In this document: one piece after another, positions 20,105 through 29,953 of the stretch
How the letters are laid out: each line of letters begins with the position of its first letter
How positions within the stretch are numbered: the stretch's first letter is position 1
Made by a program: the position numbers and the translations under genes
Notes under the pieces: generated by a model
What the model saw: only the letters and a program-made list of their open reading frames with translations
Database searches by the model: none
Told to the model about the DNA's origin: nothing
From: a virus
Strand: one strand, 5' to 3'
DNA: 64,000 bases
Virus record (IMG/VR): IMGVR_UViG_3300035501_000778
Span: 3,717-67,716 of that record

Positions 20105-21571
20105 TTAATACTTTTCCTTGATGTCAAACAGCACTTTAACTCCTTCACCAAATACCGACATCCAGCAGATATTCACTCGTCCGCTTATAGACTTGAAGAT
20201 ATGTTCCGCCACAAACTTGGTCGGCACGCTGATGGTAATCGTTTTATCATCGGCGCTCTTAATATCTGTGTAAGCCCAAAAGGTGTCAAACTCTATCTTA
20301 TCCACGGTGTCTTTAACCAGTTTCATAAAGCCGTCCCACATCTGCTTGTCATCTTCCGTTAAGTGATTGTCTTCGCCGGACTCTTTCTCCGTCGCATCTT
20401 CTATTTCACAAACCATCGGTCGGATAGTTTCTATATAGTTTCGCATGGATTGAATCACATACAACTTCGGATTGTTCATCTTGATCGTTTGCAGACGGTC
20501 TCGCAGATTAAACACTTCGGCATTCACGAGCGGAACTTGCTCGGGTGTCAATCCGGAATAAAGACTGAATACGTCGGCATCCGTCAACTTATATTCCTCC
20601 TTCAGAAGTTTCTGACTGGTGTTGCTGGTCTTATCGAGGGCTGCCTTTCTCTTCTTCTGCATACCGATATCGGAAAGAGTTATGTTGAAGAGAATACCGT
20701 CTGGGTTGCCGCGCTTTCTACCGTCGTTATACTTCGGTACGTAACTGAACGTAAAGTCTATCTCGTTCATTGTGGCGAGCGCATCCATTTCAGCCTTTAC
20801 TACATCCAACACCTTTGAGGCAAACAAACTGTATAGAGGATATTGGTCTTCTTGGATTTTGGTGCGCTTTGCATCCAATGACAGCACACCAAGGTATTCT
20901 TTTAATTCATTATAGTCTACCAACTTATGACCAACATCTTTCCAACGTGAAAGGTATATGTATAGTCGCGGAGTACGTTTCTTGCGACAGAGCGGAACAA
21001 TCTTCTTAATGTGCTCCACGTAACCCTTGCGCATATCAAACACTTCCATGAAGTTGTTTTTAAGCATATAGACTTTAAGCAATCCACTTCTGCGTTCTTT
21101 ATTCTTGAACTGCATTTCGGTGTCATCGCTCTTTACCTGATCCTTCGGAATTTCAATGCGGCTAAATATATTAGCCATTACCATGTATTCTCTGCCGGAG
21201 CTTTCTACCTTCGTATAGCTTACAATCATCTTCAAGAGTTTCTCACAGGCATCTTCCAAGTCACGGTACATATCCTTTCTGATACCAAGGTCCGACAATT
21301 TAATAAGAAACTCTACTTCTCCTTCTCGTGCATCTCCAACAAACGGCAGTTCCAACTGATAGGTTCCGCTTTTGTAATTAATGTATTCATTCACTTTGTC
21401 TTGCAACTTGCTGACAATAGAAATCATTATCTGCGTTTGTATTAATGTGAAGTCTCCGCGTATCTGCGAATAGATGAACGGATTCTTAATCCACTCCACC
21501 TCTTTAAGTTCCTTGACGAGAGCATTCTTATCTGTCAGTAACTTTACTTTTTTCTTTTTTGGTAAATTCAT
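20105..21571 (-). CDS. Plasmid replication initiator (Rep_3-like) with C-terminal DnaA N-terminal-like domain
   Basis: WIKNPFIYSQIRGDFTLIQ, TPRLYIYLSRWK, ELKEYLG, KVLDVVKAEM; C-terminal ITISVPTKFVAEHI; adjacent iterons. Confidence 0.8.
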   Translation of the reverse strand: MNLPKKKKVKLLTDKNALVKELKEVEWIKNPFIYSQIRGDFTLIQTQIMISIVSKLQDKVNEYINYKSGTYQLELPFVGDAREGEVEFLIKLSDLGIRKDMYRDLEDACEKLLKMIVSYTKVESSGREYMVMANIFSRIEIPKDQVKSDDTEMQFKNKERRSGLLKVYMLKNNFMEVFDMRKGYVEHIKKIVPLCRKKRTPRLYIYLSRWKDVGHKLVDYNELKEYLGVLSLDAKRTKIQEDQYPLYSLFASKVLDVVKAEMDALATMNEIDFTFSYVPKYNDGRKRGNPDGILFNITLSDIGMQKKRKAALDKTSNTSQKLLKEEYKLTDADVFSLYSGLTPEQVPLVNAEVFNLRDRLQTIKMNNPKLYVIQSMRNYIETIRPMVCEIEDATEKESGEDNHLTEDDKQMWDGFMKLVKDTVDKIEFDTFWAYTDIKSADDKTITISVPTKFVAEHIFKSISGRVNICWMSVFGEGVKVLFDIKEKY

Positions 21572-21826
21572 ATTGCTTTGTCTTGTTAAATTAACGGCGC
21601 AAATATAAGCCACTTTTTTTATAAACGTATATATAAAGGTGCTAATTTATGTTTTTATAACATTTCCTCTTTACTGATTTTAAGGAAGTTCCCGATAAAT
21701 CAAAGAGTTGACTTTTTTATAGAAAGAGTTGACTTTTTTATAGGAACGCATCTTTAATTCCATTTTTTTGTTTGACTTAGCGTAAATTATGAAAAGGTCA
21801 TGGCCAAAAGATTCAGAACTATATAA

Positions 21827-21936
21827 AAAGAGTTGTGCTTTTGTATCGAAAGAGTTGTGCTTTTGTATCGAAAGAGTTGTGCTTTTGTATCGAAAGAGTT
21901 GGGTTTTTGTATCGAAAGAGTTGGGTTTTTGTATCG
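21827..21936 (+). repeat. Iteron array, 5 x 22 bp
   Basis: AAAGAGTTG(T/G)G(C/T)TTTTGTATCG tandem. Confidence 0.9.
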
Positions 21937-22127
21937 GTCGCCTATTGTAAAAACCTGATATACAATAACTTGCTCAACCTTATATTATATATCTTATTAT
22001 CTTTTATAATTTAACGACCGACATTTATGTTTTAAGAATATCTGTCTTATTCTGAATGATAAGATATAAAGATATAATATATAGGGGTTAGGAACGCATT
22101 GATAATCAATATATTACATACACCTTT

Positions 22128-22237
22128 CGATACAAAAACCCAACTCTTTCGATACAAAAACACAACTCTTTCGATACAAAAACACAACTCTTCATATATA
22201 AAAACACAACTCTTTCGATACAAAAACACAACTCTTT
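22128..22237 (-). repeat. Inverted iteron array, 5 x 22 bp
   Basis: CGATACAAAAAC(A/C)CAACTCTTT tandem, reverse complement of the first array. Confidence 0.9.
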
Positions 22238-22383
22238 CCATAATGTATTACACGAAACGTAAAAGAAGGTCTATGCTACAGTAGCAATTAACATATATTC
22301 ACAGTTATGTAATAATGTTTTATCTATATTGACCTGGCATATTCTAAACACCCATGATTATCCCTGCAGAATTACCGCATAAC

Positions 22384-22565
22384 TCGTATAATTGGTCAAC
22401 GAAATTCTTCCGAAGGTAGTGATTTGGTTAATGAAGTTTAAAACACTCGTATAACTGGTCAACGAGATTCAAGAAAAGTCGTATAACTGGTCAACGAGAT
22501 TCAAGAAAAGTCGTATAACTGGTCAACGAGATTTAAGAAAAGTCGTATAACTGGTCAACGAGATT
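22384..22565 (+). repeat. Second repeat family, 32-bp period
   Basis: TCGTATAACTGGTCAACGAGATT at 22447, 22479, 22511, 22543 plus variant at 22384. Confidence 0.9.
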
Positions 22566-22753
22566 GAACAATCTCCCCTACCCTATCGTTATACCATACA
22601 GAGGATGTATCAGTCAAACAAACGGTCCACACCGGAGGGGCGAGGTTCTTCCCAAACACTAAGGCCACCTAAACCTTAACACCCTACTCGCCCCTCCTTT
22701 TTCTCCTTTACTCTGTACCTAAGCTGTTTTAAATTTGTGGCAAATTAAAAGTG

Positions 22754-23684
22754 ATGGAACAAAGAGAATTAATTGAGAAACAAGCGTGGTCGCTTGATCA
22801 GAAAGTATTTCATTCTATGGAAGTGATTGACACGTTCATTCATAAGATGGGTGGAGTTGAAAACGTGTATGTGTCATTCTCCGGCGGAAAGGATTCTACG
22901 GTATTGCTCGATATATGTAGAAGGATGTATCCTAATATTCTGGCTGTGTATTGTCAGACAGGTAATGAATTTCCGGATATTGCAAGATTCGTTCGAGAAA
23001 CAAAAAGTAGAGGTGCAAATGTTTTGACTATTAAGCCAGATATATCACCGCGTGAAGTATGGTCTAAATACGGGTTCCCCCTGGTTAGTAAGGATCAAGC
23101 TAAAAAGATAAGAACAATACGTAATAATCCTAACTCAAAGACAGCAATCAAAAATCTCCGTGAAGGCGTTAAATTTAAGCTGGCGTATAAATGGAGATAT
23201 CTGCTTGACGAAGATTATGATACGAGTGATTATTGCTGTGACAAGTTAAAGAAAGAACCTTTTCATCGCTTTACAAAACAGACAGGACGTTTCCCTATTA
23301 TCGGTGTAATGGCCGATGAATCTCGCATTAGACTGACCGAGTATTTGATAAATGGTAATTGCAATTATTTTGACACGGTAATACCTAAGTCTCATCCTCT
23401 TTCAATCTGGACTGATAAAGATATTTGGGAATACATAAAGCGATATGATTTGAAGGTCGCTGATATTTATTTCAAGGGGGGGGGTAATAAGAACTGGTTG
23501 TGTGTGCTGTGGCTTCGGAGCACAGAACTGGGGCGATAAGCGATTTAGGGTTTTGTATAATTTATATCCGAAGTTGTATAATGTCGTGATGAATTACACG
23601 AATAATGGCATTACATTCCGCGAGGCTATCCGAAAGGTGCTTGCTCTACGTGCTTCGTTCTTGCCAGATGAAGGACCTTATTGA
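22754..23684 (+). pseudogene. PAPS-reductase-family gene frameshifted at a G9 tract (possibly phase-variable)
   Basis: SFSGGKDS PP-loop, CCDKLKKEP; conserved RTGCxxCGFG is out of frame after G9 at 23476-23484. Confidence 0.8.
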
Positions 23685-23897
23685 TTTTAATTCGGACTGA
23701 TATACTCCGCTATCAAACATCTTCTTCTGTTAATTTAAAGCGATTTAAAGCCATTTATACCCCTACCCCACTAGCTATCCACTGCAAAATAAATCCGCCG
23801 TGAAATCGCCTTAAAACAAACAAGGGAGCCACGTTTCACAACGCGACTCCCCTTCGTCATTAAAATGAAATTTCACATTTTACAAATCTTATATCTT

Positions 23898-23951
23898 ATG
23901 ATTAAATGATTAAATAATCAAATAACAAATATGATTAAATAATCAAATAAT
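23898..23951. repeat. ATGATTA/TAATCA array downstream of parA
   Basis: ATGATTAAATAATCA palindromic cores. Confidence 0.7.
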
Positions 23952-23965
23952 CTTTATCTCACTCA

Positions 23966-24754
23966 TTACCACTTCTTAACGATACCAATCAGCTCCAGTG
24001 CCAAGCACTCATAATCGGCTGCGCCCTTGCTGCTCGGTGCGAAGTCGTACACATCCATACCCATGTCGCCGGCTCGATTCAAATACTCGTTGCGCTTAAT
24101 CTGTGTGCGCAGCGTATTCTCGAACGCTTCATCCAAGAGGCGCTTCTTGATTTCACGGCAGCCCTTCAGTCGTTCTTCGTACATCGTCTGGAGGAAGTAG
24201 TGCGGGGTCTCGATGGCGTTCGCATCCATGATGCCGAACACGCCCTCTCCTGCCCCACTCAATGCGTCTTGGCAGTTCACGGGAATCAACACGAGGTCCG
24301 CCGCCTTGGTCGCGTTCACCATCAGCGCACTCATACCCGGCTCGCTGTCGACGATAATGAAGTCAAACGCGCCCTTCATGCAATAGCAGAGTTCCTTCAA
24401 CTTCACGCTCTCGTCCTCGCCCTTGCGTGCATACATTCGGGCGGAGAGTTCTGCCAGGCGGATGGTCGCCGGAATCAGATACAAGTTCTTCTTAATCTCG
24501 ATGGGATTGATCGCCAACTCTTCGTTGGTCAGATAATCTTCAATGCTGATGTTCGCATAGTCCTTCGTCAACAACGCGCCTGTACGCTGGTCGTTCTCGA
24601 ATCGGTTGGTCAGGTTGTGCTGGCTGTCGAAGTCAATCATGCAGACTTTCTTGCCTTTCAATGCCAACGCAGCGCCCAGGTTCTGCGCTGTCATCGTCTT
24701 GCCTACTCCACCCTTGTTGTTAATCACAGATACTACAATAGTCTTCTTTTCCAT
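23966..24754 (-). CDS. parA: ParA/Soj partition ATPase
   Basis: NNKGGVGKT deviant Walker A, IDFDSQHNLT, FDFIIVDS, SKGAADY. Confidence 0.95.
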   Translation of the reverse strand: MEKKTIVVSVINNKGGVGKTMTAQNLGAALALKGKKVCMIDFDSQHNLTNRFENDQRTGALLTKDYANISIEDYLTNEELAINPIEIKKNLYLIPATIRLAELSARMYARKGEDESVKLKELCYCMKGAFDFIIVDSEPGMSALMVNATKAADLVLIPVNCQDALSGAGEGVFGIMDANAIETPHYFLQTMYEERLKGCREIKKRLLDEAFENTLRTQIKRNEYLNRAGDMGMDVYDFAPSSKGAADYECLALELIGIVKKW

Positions 24755-24797
24755 ATGTTTGAATGTTTTGTGAGCGAGGTGCATCGCTCGGATTAAA

Positions 24798-24864
24798 TGA
24801 TTATAAATACAATATGATTATATATGTATTATGATTATAAATGTTATATGATTAAATAATCAGA
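24798..24864. repeat. 17-bp-period ATGATTA array between par genes
   Basis: Four ATGATTA cores at 17-bp period. Confidence 0.8.
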
Positions 24865-25356
24865 TTATATCTCGATGCCGTTTTCTTTAAGGTCGCGCAT
24901 CACCAGCTGTGTCAGATATTGCATCACGCTGCTGCCTGTCGCTGCCACTCTCATCTTCATCGCGCGGTCTATGCTGTCGGGCAGGATAAGGGTGTTGCGC
25001 TTGTCTGCTTCCTTATATCCTTCCTTGGTGCGGGCCATGAAGGTGGGCTTTCCCTTGGCTTGACGCACTACGCATCCGTAGTCGTTCTCTGCCACGAGGA
25101 TATATCCCTTGCGCATCAACTCGGCTTTCATCGGGTCGCTTTCTTCCACTCGTGCGCTGGCTAAGGTAATGCTGCCTGTCTGTGACTCTACGGCCTTGAT
25201 GGGGCGCATCGTTTCTTTCGCTGGCTCGGTCGGCTCACTGTGGGTGGACTCCGTGCTTTTCTCTTCGGGCATTGGAGTCGGGTGCGTCGACTCTTCGCTC
25301 GGTGTCGTGGGCTTGCGTCTTGCAAAGCTCAACGGCTTGGGTTGTGTCTTTATCAT
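24865..25356 (-). CDS. Probable ribbon-helix-helix centromere-binding protein (ParG-like)
   Basis: Disordered N-terminus, C-terminal RNTLILPDSIDRAMKMRVAATGSSVMQYLTQLV RHH pattern; adjacent to parA. Confidence 0.65.
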   Translation of the reverse strand: MIKTQPKPLSFARRKPTTPSEESTHPTPMPEEKSTESTHSEPTEPAKETMRPIKAVESQTGSITLASARVEESDPMKAELMRKGYILVAENDYGCVVRQAKGKPTFMARTKEGYKEADKRNTLILPDSIDRAMKMRVAATGSSVMQYLTQLVMRDLKENGIEI

Positions 25357-25445
25357 ATCAATTCTGTTTTGTAAAAAATCATGGTGCAAATATAAATAGT
25401 TATTCTGATTCCGCAATACATTCATGCGCAATCTTAACTTATTTT

Positions 25446-25611
25446 ATGATTATAAATGTAATATGATTATAAATACAATATGATTATAAATGCTTTATGA
25501 TTAAATAGGTTTTATGATTATATATGTTATATGATTAAATAATCAAATAATAAATAAAATCACGATGATTAAATGATTATAAATGTTATATGATTAAATA
25601 ATCAAATAATC
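25446..25611. repeat. 17-bp-period ATGATTA array upstream of par operon
   Basis: Six cores at exact 17-bp period then further copies. Confidence 0.85.
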
Positions 25612-25722
25612 AAAACGGCTGAAAATCAATGGCGAATAAAATAAATAGAGGGACTTACTTCACAGTAGGTCCCTCTTGAATGCGACATTTACTTATATAT
25701 AATACTACTTATAGAATGAGTC

Positions 25723-26037
25723 TTATGCTTGTTTCTTTGCGTCGATGGCTCGCTGCATGGCGCGCAGTTTCTTTCTTCGCAGGTATCTTCGCTTGCTTAC
25801 TAAAGCGATATACAGAATGGCGATGGCCAAACACAGCAGCAGGATCAATGCGCCTAATCCCCAAAACGGGGAAACGATGACCCACCAGGATACGGAAATG
25901 ACGTCCGTTATTTTCAGGATGGCCATGACCGCTGTACACAGCAGGGCGACACCAAAGATGATGATGTCTACAAGGGAAACTCTTCGTTTCGGTTTCACGT
26001 CGGTGGTCCCCGACGCTTGGTTTCTTTTCTCTTCCAT
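25723..26037 (-). CDS. Small two-TM membrane protein
   Basis: Hydrophobic segments, LKITDVISVSWWVIVSPFW, basic C-terminus. Confidence 0.7.
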   Translation of the reverse strand: MEEKRNQASGTTDVKPKRRVSLVDIIIFGVALLCTAVMAILKITDVISVSWWVIVSPFWGLGALILLLCLAIAILYIALVSKRRYLRRKKLRAMQRAIDAKKQA

Positions 26038-26048
26038 ATAGATTGGGT

Positions 26049-26510
26049 TTAGGAATTTGTCTCTTTCTTTTCTTTCAGCAGATGGTACACTACGGTTCCT
26101 TGTTGTTGGTTTTCCAATATCTGCATGATGGGTTCTCCGGTGTAGTTTACGACGATGATCGTGAGGTCGTCACTGGGCTGGAGGTATTTGTTGCGCTCGG
26201 TGAATCGCTGGATAGTCTCGTCCTCGATGCCTTCCAGGTCGCCGGCTTCATTCATGCGGGCGAAGTCGCCGCGTTTGATGGCGCGGTTTATCTTGATGTA
26301 GTTCCTTACCATCACGGCAAAACCTTTAAACATGACGTCGCTGTCTTCTTGTGCCTCGTTAAGGTATGCGTACAGATAGGGGGTAATGGCAGCGGTGGCG
26401 GTATGGATATTGATGTCCAACCACTCTTCTTCCATCATGTTCTGGATGGCGGTTATCTGCTTTTCTACGTGGCTTACGTAGTCAAGGAAGTCTTGTTTAC
26501 TTAGTTTCAT
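26049..26510 (-). CDS. Hypothetical protein
   Basis: 153-aa ORF. Confidence 0.65.
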   Translation of the reverse strand: MKLSKQDFLDYVSHVEKQITAIQNMMEEEWLDINIHTATAAITPYLYAYLNEAQEDSDVMFKGFAVMVRNYIKINRAIKRGDFARMNEAGDLEGIEDETIQRFTERNKYLQPSDDLTIIVVNYTGEPIMQILENQQQGTVVYHLLKEKKETNS

Positions 26511-26663
26511 AATTAATAGTTTTTGCTGACGGGAACCTACCCTCGAGGTATGAATTGGATGTTGTAGGGTGGGGTAGGTCCGCCGCCAGTGCCGCCTGCC
26601 TGTTTCGCAACATTCATTTGGCGTGGTTTAGAATACGAATTATTTAGCGTTTGGATACTCGCT

Positions 26664-27065
26664 CTAACGTGCCGTGGTCAGCAGTTGGTCGCTGCGGTTC
26701 CTACGGCTGGCAAGGATGACCATCTCTCCGCTGCATCCCATCCGCAACTGAAAGCCGTGGCTCGACAGTGCGGCAAGGTAGTTGGGTAGGGGGTCGGGGG
26801 CCTTGGAGTCAAACGTGCGGTAAACGTGCATCGCCTCGCGTATCTCGCCCAGCGAGAAGGCTCTGACATAGGTCAGTCGCTCGTCGCTCTCGGCTTGCCA
26901 CTCGTCGGCAAATGCCTGCACGTAGCTTTCGTTTACCACGGGTAACGCTTCCTCTTCGTCGTCGAGGGCGTCATCCTCTACGGCGTCAAAGCCTCGTTCG
27001 CTCATTAACTCGTCCACGTATTCTTTGAATCGTTGGGCGCCTTTGCTTTTTCCTTTCTTTGCCAT
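26664..27065 (-). CDS. Hypothetical protein
   Basis: 133-aa ORF; TATCTTTG only 4 nt upstream suggests a near-leaderless transcript. Confidence 0.65.
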   Translation of the reverse strand: MAKKGKSKGAQRFKEYVDELMSERGFDAVEDDALDDEEEALPVVNESYVQAFADEWQAESDERLTYVRAFSLGEIREAMHVYRTFDSKAPDPLPNYLAALSSHGFQLRMGCSGEMVILASRRNRSDQLLTTAR

Positions 27066-27210
27066 ACTGCAAAGATAGTTATTATTTTATATCGGCTCAA
27101 ATCTTGGGCACTAAATTCACTCTTTTTAGGTAAACTTGTGCTAATCGTATATCGTCCTATATATTCTTTTGCTAACTGCTTATCTTTGTATAAATCAATT
27201 TAATACGTTT

Positions 27211-27954
27211 ATGGCAAGTGAATTTGGCCGTAAGTTTTACGACTTACTTAGAATACATATCGAGCAGGGCATCAAGTCCAAGTACCTCGACCTTTCTCCG
27301 GATCATCGTGCTTGCGTGGATATTATCGACGACCTCTATGAGCATTACCGGCATAACCCGGCTATGAATACGTCGGACTATATCCGCAATAAGTACGACA
27401 TCAAGGACTATGCGCGTATCTATAAACTCAACAAGGCGCTCAACTTTGTGGTGGGCATGATGAGCAATGGCTTGCGCGATATGCAGCGTTTCAAGGCGAA
27501 CGCGTATGTGGACCGTATGTTCCGCATCGGCGACGCTACGGGTGATTGGAAACCGATGGATAAGGCGCTGGCTCACCTTACCAAACTGAATGGCCTCGAC
27601 CAACCCGACCCTGCCGAGTCTATCGACGAGCAGATTCCAAAGATGGGCTATATGCTGACTACCAAAGCGTCGGATGTGCGCGAGGGGGCTAAGGTGCATA
27701 CGCGTGAACAGATTGCTGCGCTCTTCAAACATTACGATATCAAGCCCGACCGATGGCAGGACCAGTTGGATAGTGGCCTCTCTACCGCGGATGATTACGA
27801 CGAGCAGGGTAACCGCCTGCGACGCCGACGTGTCGAGGAACCTGTCGATGCCGAAGTGGAACTTCTTAACGAGGAATTTGAGCGGGAGTTCCAGGAAGAG
27901 GAAGAGCATGAGCGACGTATGCGTGGCTATTCGGATTCATCGGATAAATCGTAA
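27211..27954 (+). CDS. Hypothetical late protein, candidate terminase small subunit
   Basis: Helical, KALAHLTKLNGLD motif, late-type promoter upstream; function is inference. Confidence 0.5.
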   Translation: MASEFGRKFYDLLRIHIEQGIKSKYLDLSPDHRACVDIIDDLYEHYRHNPAMNTSDYIRNKYDIKDYARIYKLNKALNFVVGMMSNGLRDMQRFKANAYVDRMFRIGDATGDWKPMDKALAHLTKLNGLDQPDPAESIDEQIPKMGYMLTTKASDVREGAKVHTREQIAALFKHYDIKPDRWQDQLDSGLSTADDYDEQGNRLRRRRVEEPVDAEVELLNEEFEREFQEEEEHERRMRGYSDSSDKS

Positions 27955-28157
27955 GGCGAGGGTAGGGGAGTGTGGAACTGTACGAACCTGCCGAAAAAAA
28001 CTTAAATCGCTTAACAGATGAAACATTACTCGCTCGAATGTGTTATCTTTGCAACGTCTGAAAAATTTTGTAATGTGTACATCCATACAATTAAAATTTA
28101 ACTTTGTATCGGTGGCTCGTGAGAGTCACCGATTATTTCTAAATGTAGTTTGTGATT

Positions 28158-28505
28158 ATGAGCAATAGTTTGTCGTCTCCCGAACTTGTATCGGGGAAAA
28201 AAGAAAATACGAATAAGGAAGATATCAGCGGCGAGTTGTGGAAACTCTTGCGCGTGGGTGATATGTGCCGAGCCTCTCTTCATGGGGTGGTTATCACGGG
28301 CAAGGTCTCTAATATCATCCGTCTTTCCAATGGCCGTGTGCTTTTCTCCATGCGCAGTGCAGATGGAAACCATCTTGGTTCGTTCGACCATTTTCGCGTC
28401 GTGCCTGCGGATGCCGACATGGTACGCGAGAATATGACGCGCCTCGATTTGCTCCTTCGTCGTTATGAACCGAAGGGCATGAGCACTGCCACCGCAGGAT
28501 GGTAA
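28158..28505 (+). CDS. Hypothetical protein
   Basis: 115-aa ORF with promoter at ~28043. Confidence 0.55.
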   Translation: MSNSLSSPELVSGKKENTNKEDISGELWKLLRVGDMCRASLHGVVITGKVSNIIRLSNGRVLFSMRSADGNHLGSFDHFRVVPADADMVRENMTRLDLLLRRYEPKGMSTATAGW

Positions 28506-28681
28506 TGAAACGGTTGGTTTTATATGAGTTGTTAATTTGATATTAGTTGGATTGATAGAACTAATGGTTATATTTAGGTTATTCTTGTTCTTATACTTAA
28601 TTAGTATATAGTCAAATTGAATCCTCGGGACGGCCTGATGTGAATCACGCCGTCCTTTTCTTTTCGATAATGTGTATTATC

Positions 28682-28782
28682 TGATTATATTTGTTTTATG
28701 ATTATAAATATTATATGATTAAATAATCATAAAACATAAATAATCAAATAATATTTTTAATCATATAACATAAATAATCAAA
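28682..28782. repeat. 17-bp-period array (parS-like) abutting tRNA promoter
   Basis: TGATTA cores followed by TAATCA cores. Confidence 0.8.
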
Positions 28783-28869
28783 TAATATGTTTACCTTTGC
28801 ACGTGTAGAATCTCACGAGTAGTATATAACTACATCTCCGTCTGCTCTGCGTGGCTGGCGGAGATATAC

Positions 28870-28941
28870 CGCGGGATGGAACAGGAGTAGTTCGCTTGGC
28901 TCATAACCAAGAGGTCGGTGGTGCGAATCCATCTCCCGCAA
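28870..28941 (+). tRNA. tRNA-Met(CAT), initiator-like
   Basis: Cloverleaf: GCGGGA/TCCCGC acceptor with C1xA72, GAAC/GTTC D stem, CTTGG-CTCATAA-CCAAG, GGTGG-TGCGAAT-CCATC; CCA not encoded. Confidence 0.9.
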
Positions 28942-29094
28942 CAATTTAAATGCCTTCTTACTATATTGAAAGGAATCAATGAAGTGGTCCGTGATGGATA
29001 GCTTGATAAGGTTGAGTGAATTCAACTTTATCGTTCATATCAATTTAAAATCTATATTTTTTTTGGCACGCGGTGGCGTGCCTTTTTTGTGTGG

Positions 29095-29676
29095 TTACTC
29101 CAGGGTAATGGCTTGACCGCCGTGGATGTTTCCGTATTTCTCTATATACTTGCCGTCCTTTACCAATCCTAAACCTGCCAGCACGGCTAACTCGGTTTCT
29201 TTTCCCCAATAGGATTTGAGTATGCGCAGCATACCGAACATACCGCCTCGGATACCACCGAAGATAACGGGGCGGCGCTGTCGGTCGCCCGTGAAGTCCC
29301 ACTTGGCATAACGGCTGGTCATCTTGATGTCGCCGCCTTTTCTTGGCACGGCTTCCTTCCGCTGCCCTGCACCTACACCCCAGTCCACAAAGAGCAGGTA
29401 GCGCTTAAAGAAAAAGTCGACGGCTACGGTGTCGCCGCCGGCGGCATTGATCACAAACTTATGCAACCCTTTATACGAGGCGCCTGTCGATTTGTAGGCG
29501 CCATGTCTCGCGGCATTCACGTAGATATAACCAGGGTAGGGGCCTTCGGAATTTCCGTCGCCCGTCCAGATGTGCTGCACCTCGTAACTCATTCGGATGC
29601 GCTTGATAATGTTCTCTGCCCACTTCGATAACTCCAGGTAGCCTTGCTCGTGGGCTTGTTCTATACTTTGCTGCAT
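29095..29676 (-). CDS. Hypothetical basic protein, probable neck/tail-completion
   Basis: YLLFVDWGVGAG motif; late-type promoter upstream. Confidence 0.55.
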   Translation of the reverse strand: MQQSIEQAHEQGYLELSKWAENIIKRIRMSYEVQHIWTGDGNSEGPYPGYIYVNAARHGAYKSTGASYKGLHKFVINAAGGDTVAVDFFFKRYLLFVDWGVGAGQRKEAVPRKGGDIKMTSRYAKWDFTGDRQRRPVIFGGIRGGMFGMLRILKSYWGKETELAVLAGLGLVKDGKYIEKYGNIHGGQAITLE

Positions 29677-29737
29677 GATGATGGTTTTTGTTTGATGCAA
29701 AACTAACTATCTCTCCTGCAAATATAAAGGACTCTCG

Positions 29738-29953
29738 TTAATGGTTGTAGTCTGCTTCTAAACTCTGATGCTGCCAGCAGTAATGGCTGTTGGTCTGTGC
29801 GCGCCGTTTGCAGCGCGTGCCCTTCAAGGTGATGGCCTCGCAACGGCCGTCTGAACTTAGGCTGTCAAACTCGTCTCCACTCGTACTGCAAGCCACGGCT
29901 ACGATGATAAGGATAAGTATAATAACTCGTAATAGGTATTTCAGTGTTCTCAT
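29738..29953 (-). CDS. Small lipoprotein with C3H zinc-finger-like (DUF5763-like) domain
   Basis: Signal peptide ending VAVAC; RCEAITLKGTRCKR...YCWQH. Confidence 0.65.
   Translation of the reverse strand: MRTLKYLLRVIILILIIVAVACSTSGDEFDSLSSDGRCEAITLKGTRCKRRAQTNSHYCWQHQSLEADYNH

Noticed and set aside
21827-22565. CRISPR array
   Set aside because: Repeats are head-to-tail with no unique spacers, and no cas genes are present
25723-26037. Holin call
   Set aside because: Two TM segments only; no adjacent endolysin or late promoter
9558-28660. Recurring GTGA/GCGA-loop hairpins (9558, 17538, 23824, 25651, 28628)
   Set aside because: Consistent with ordinary GNRA-capped terminator/stability hairpins
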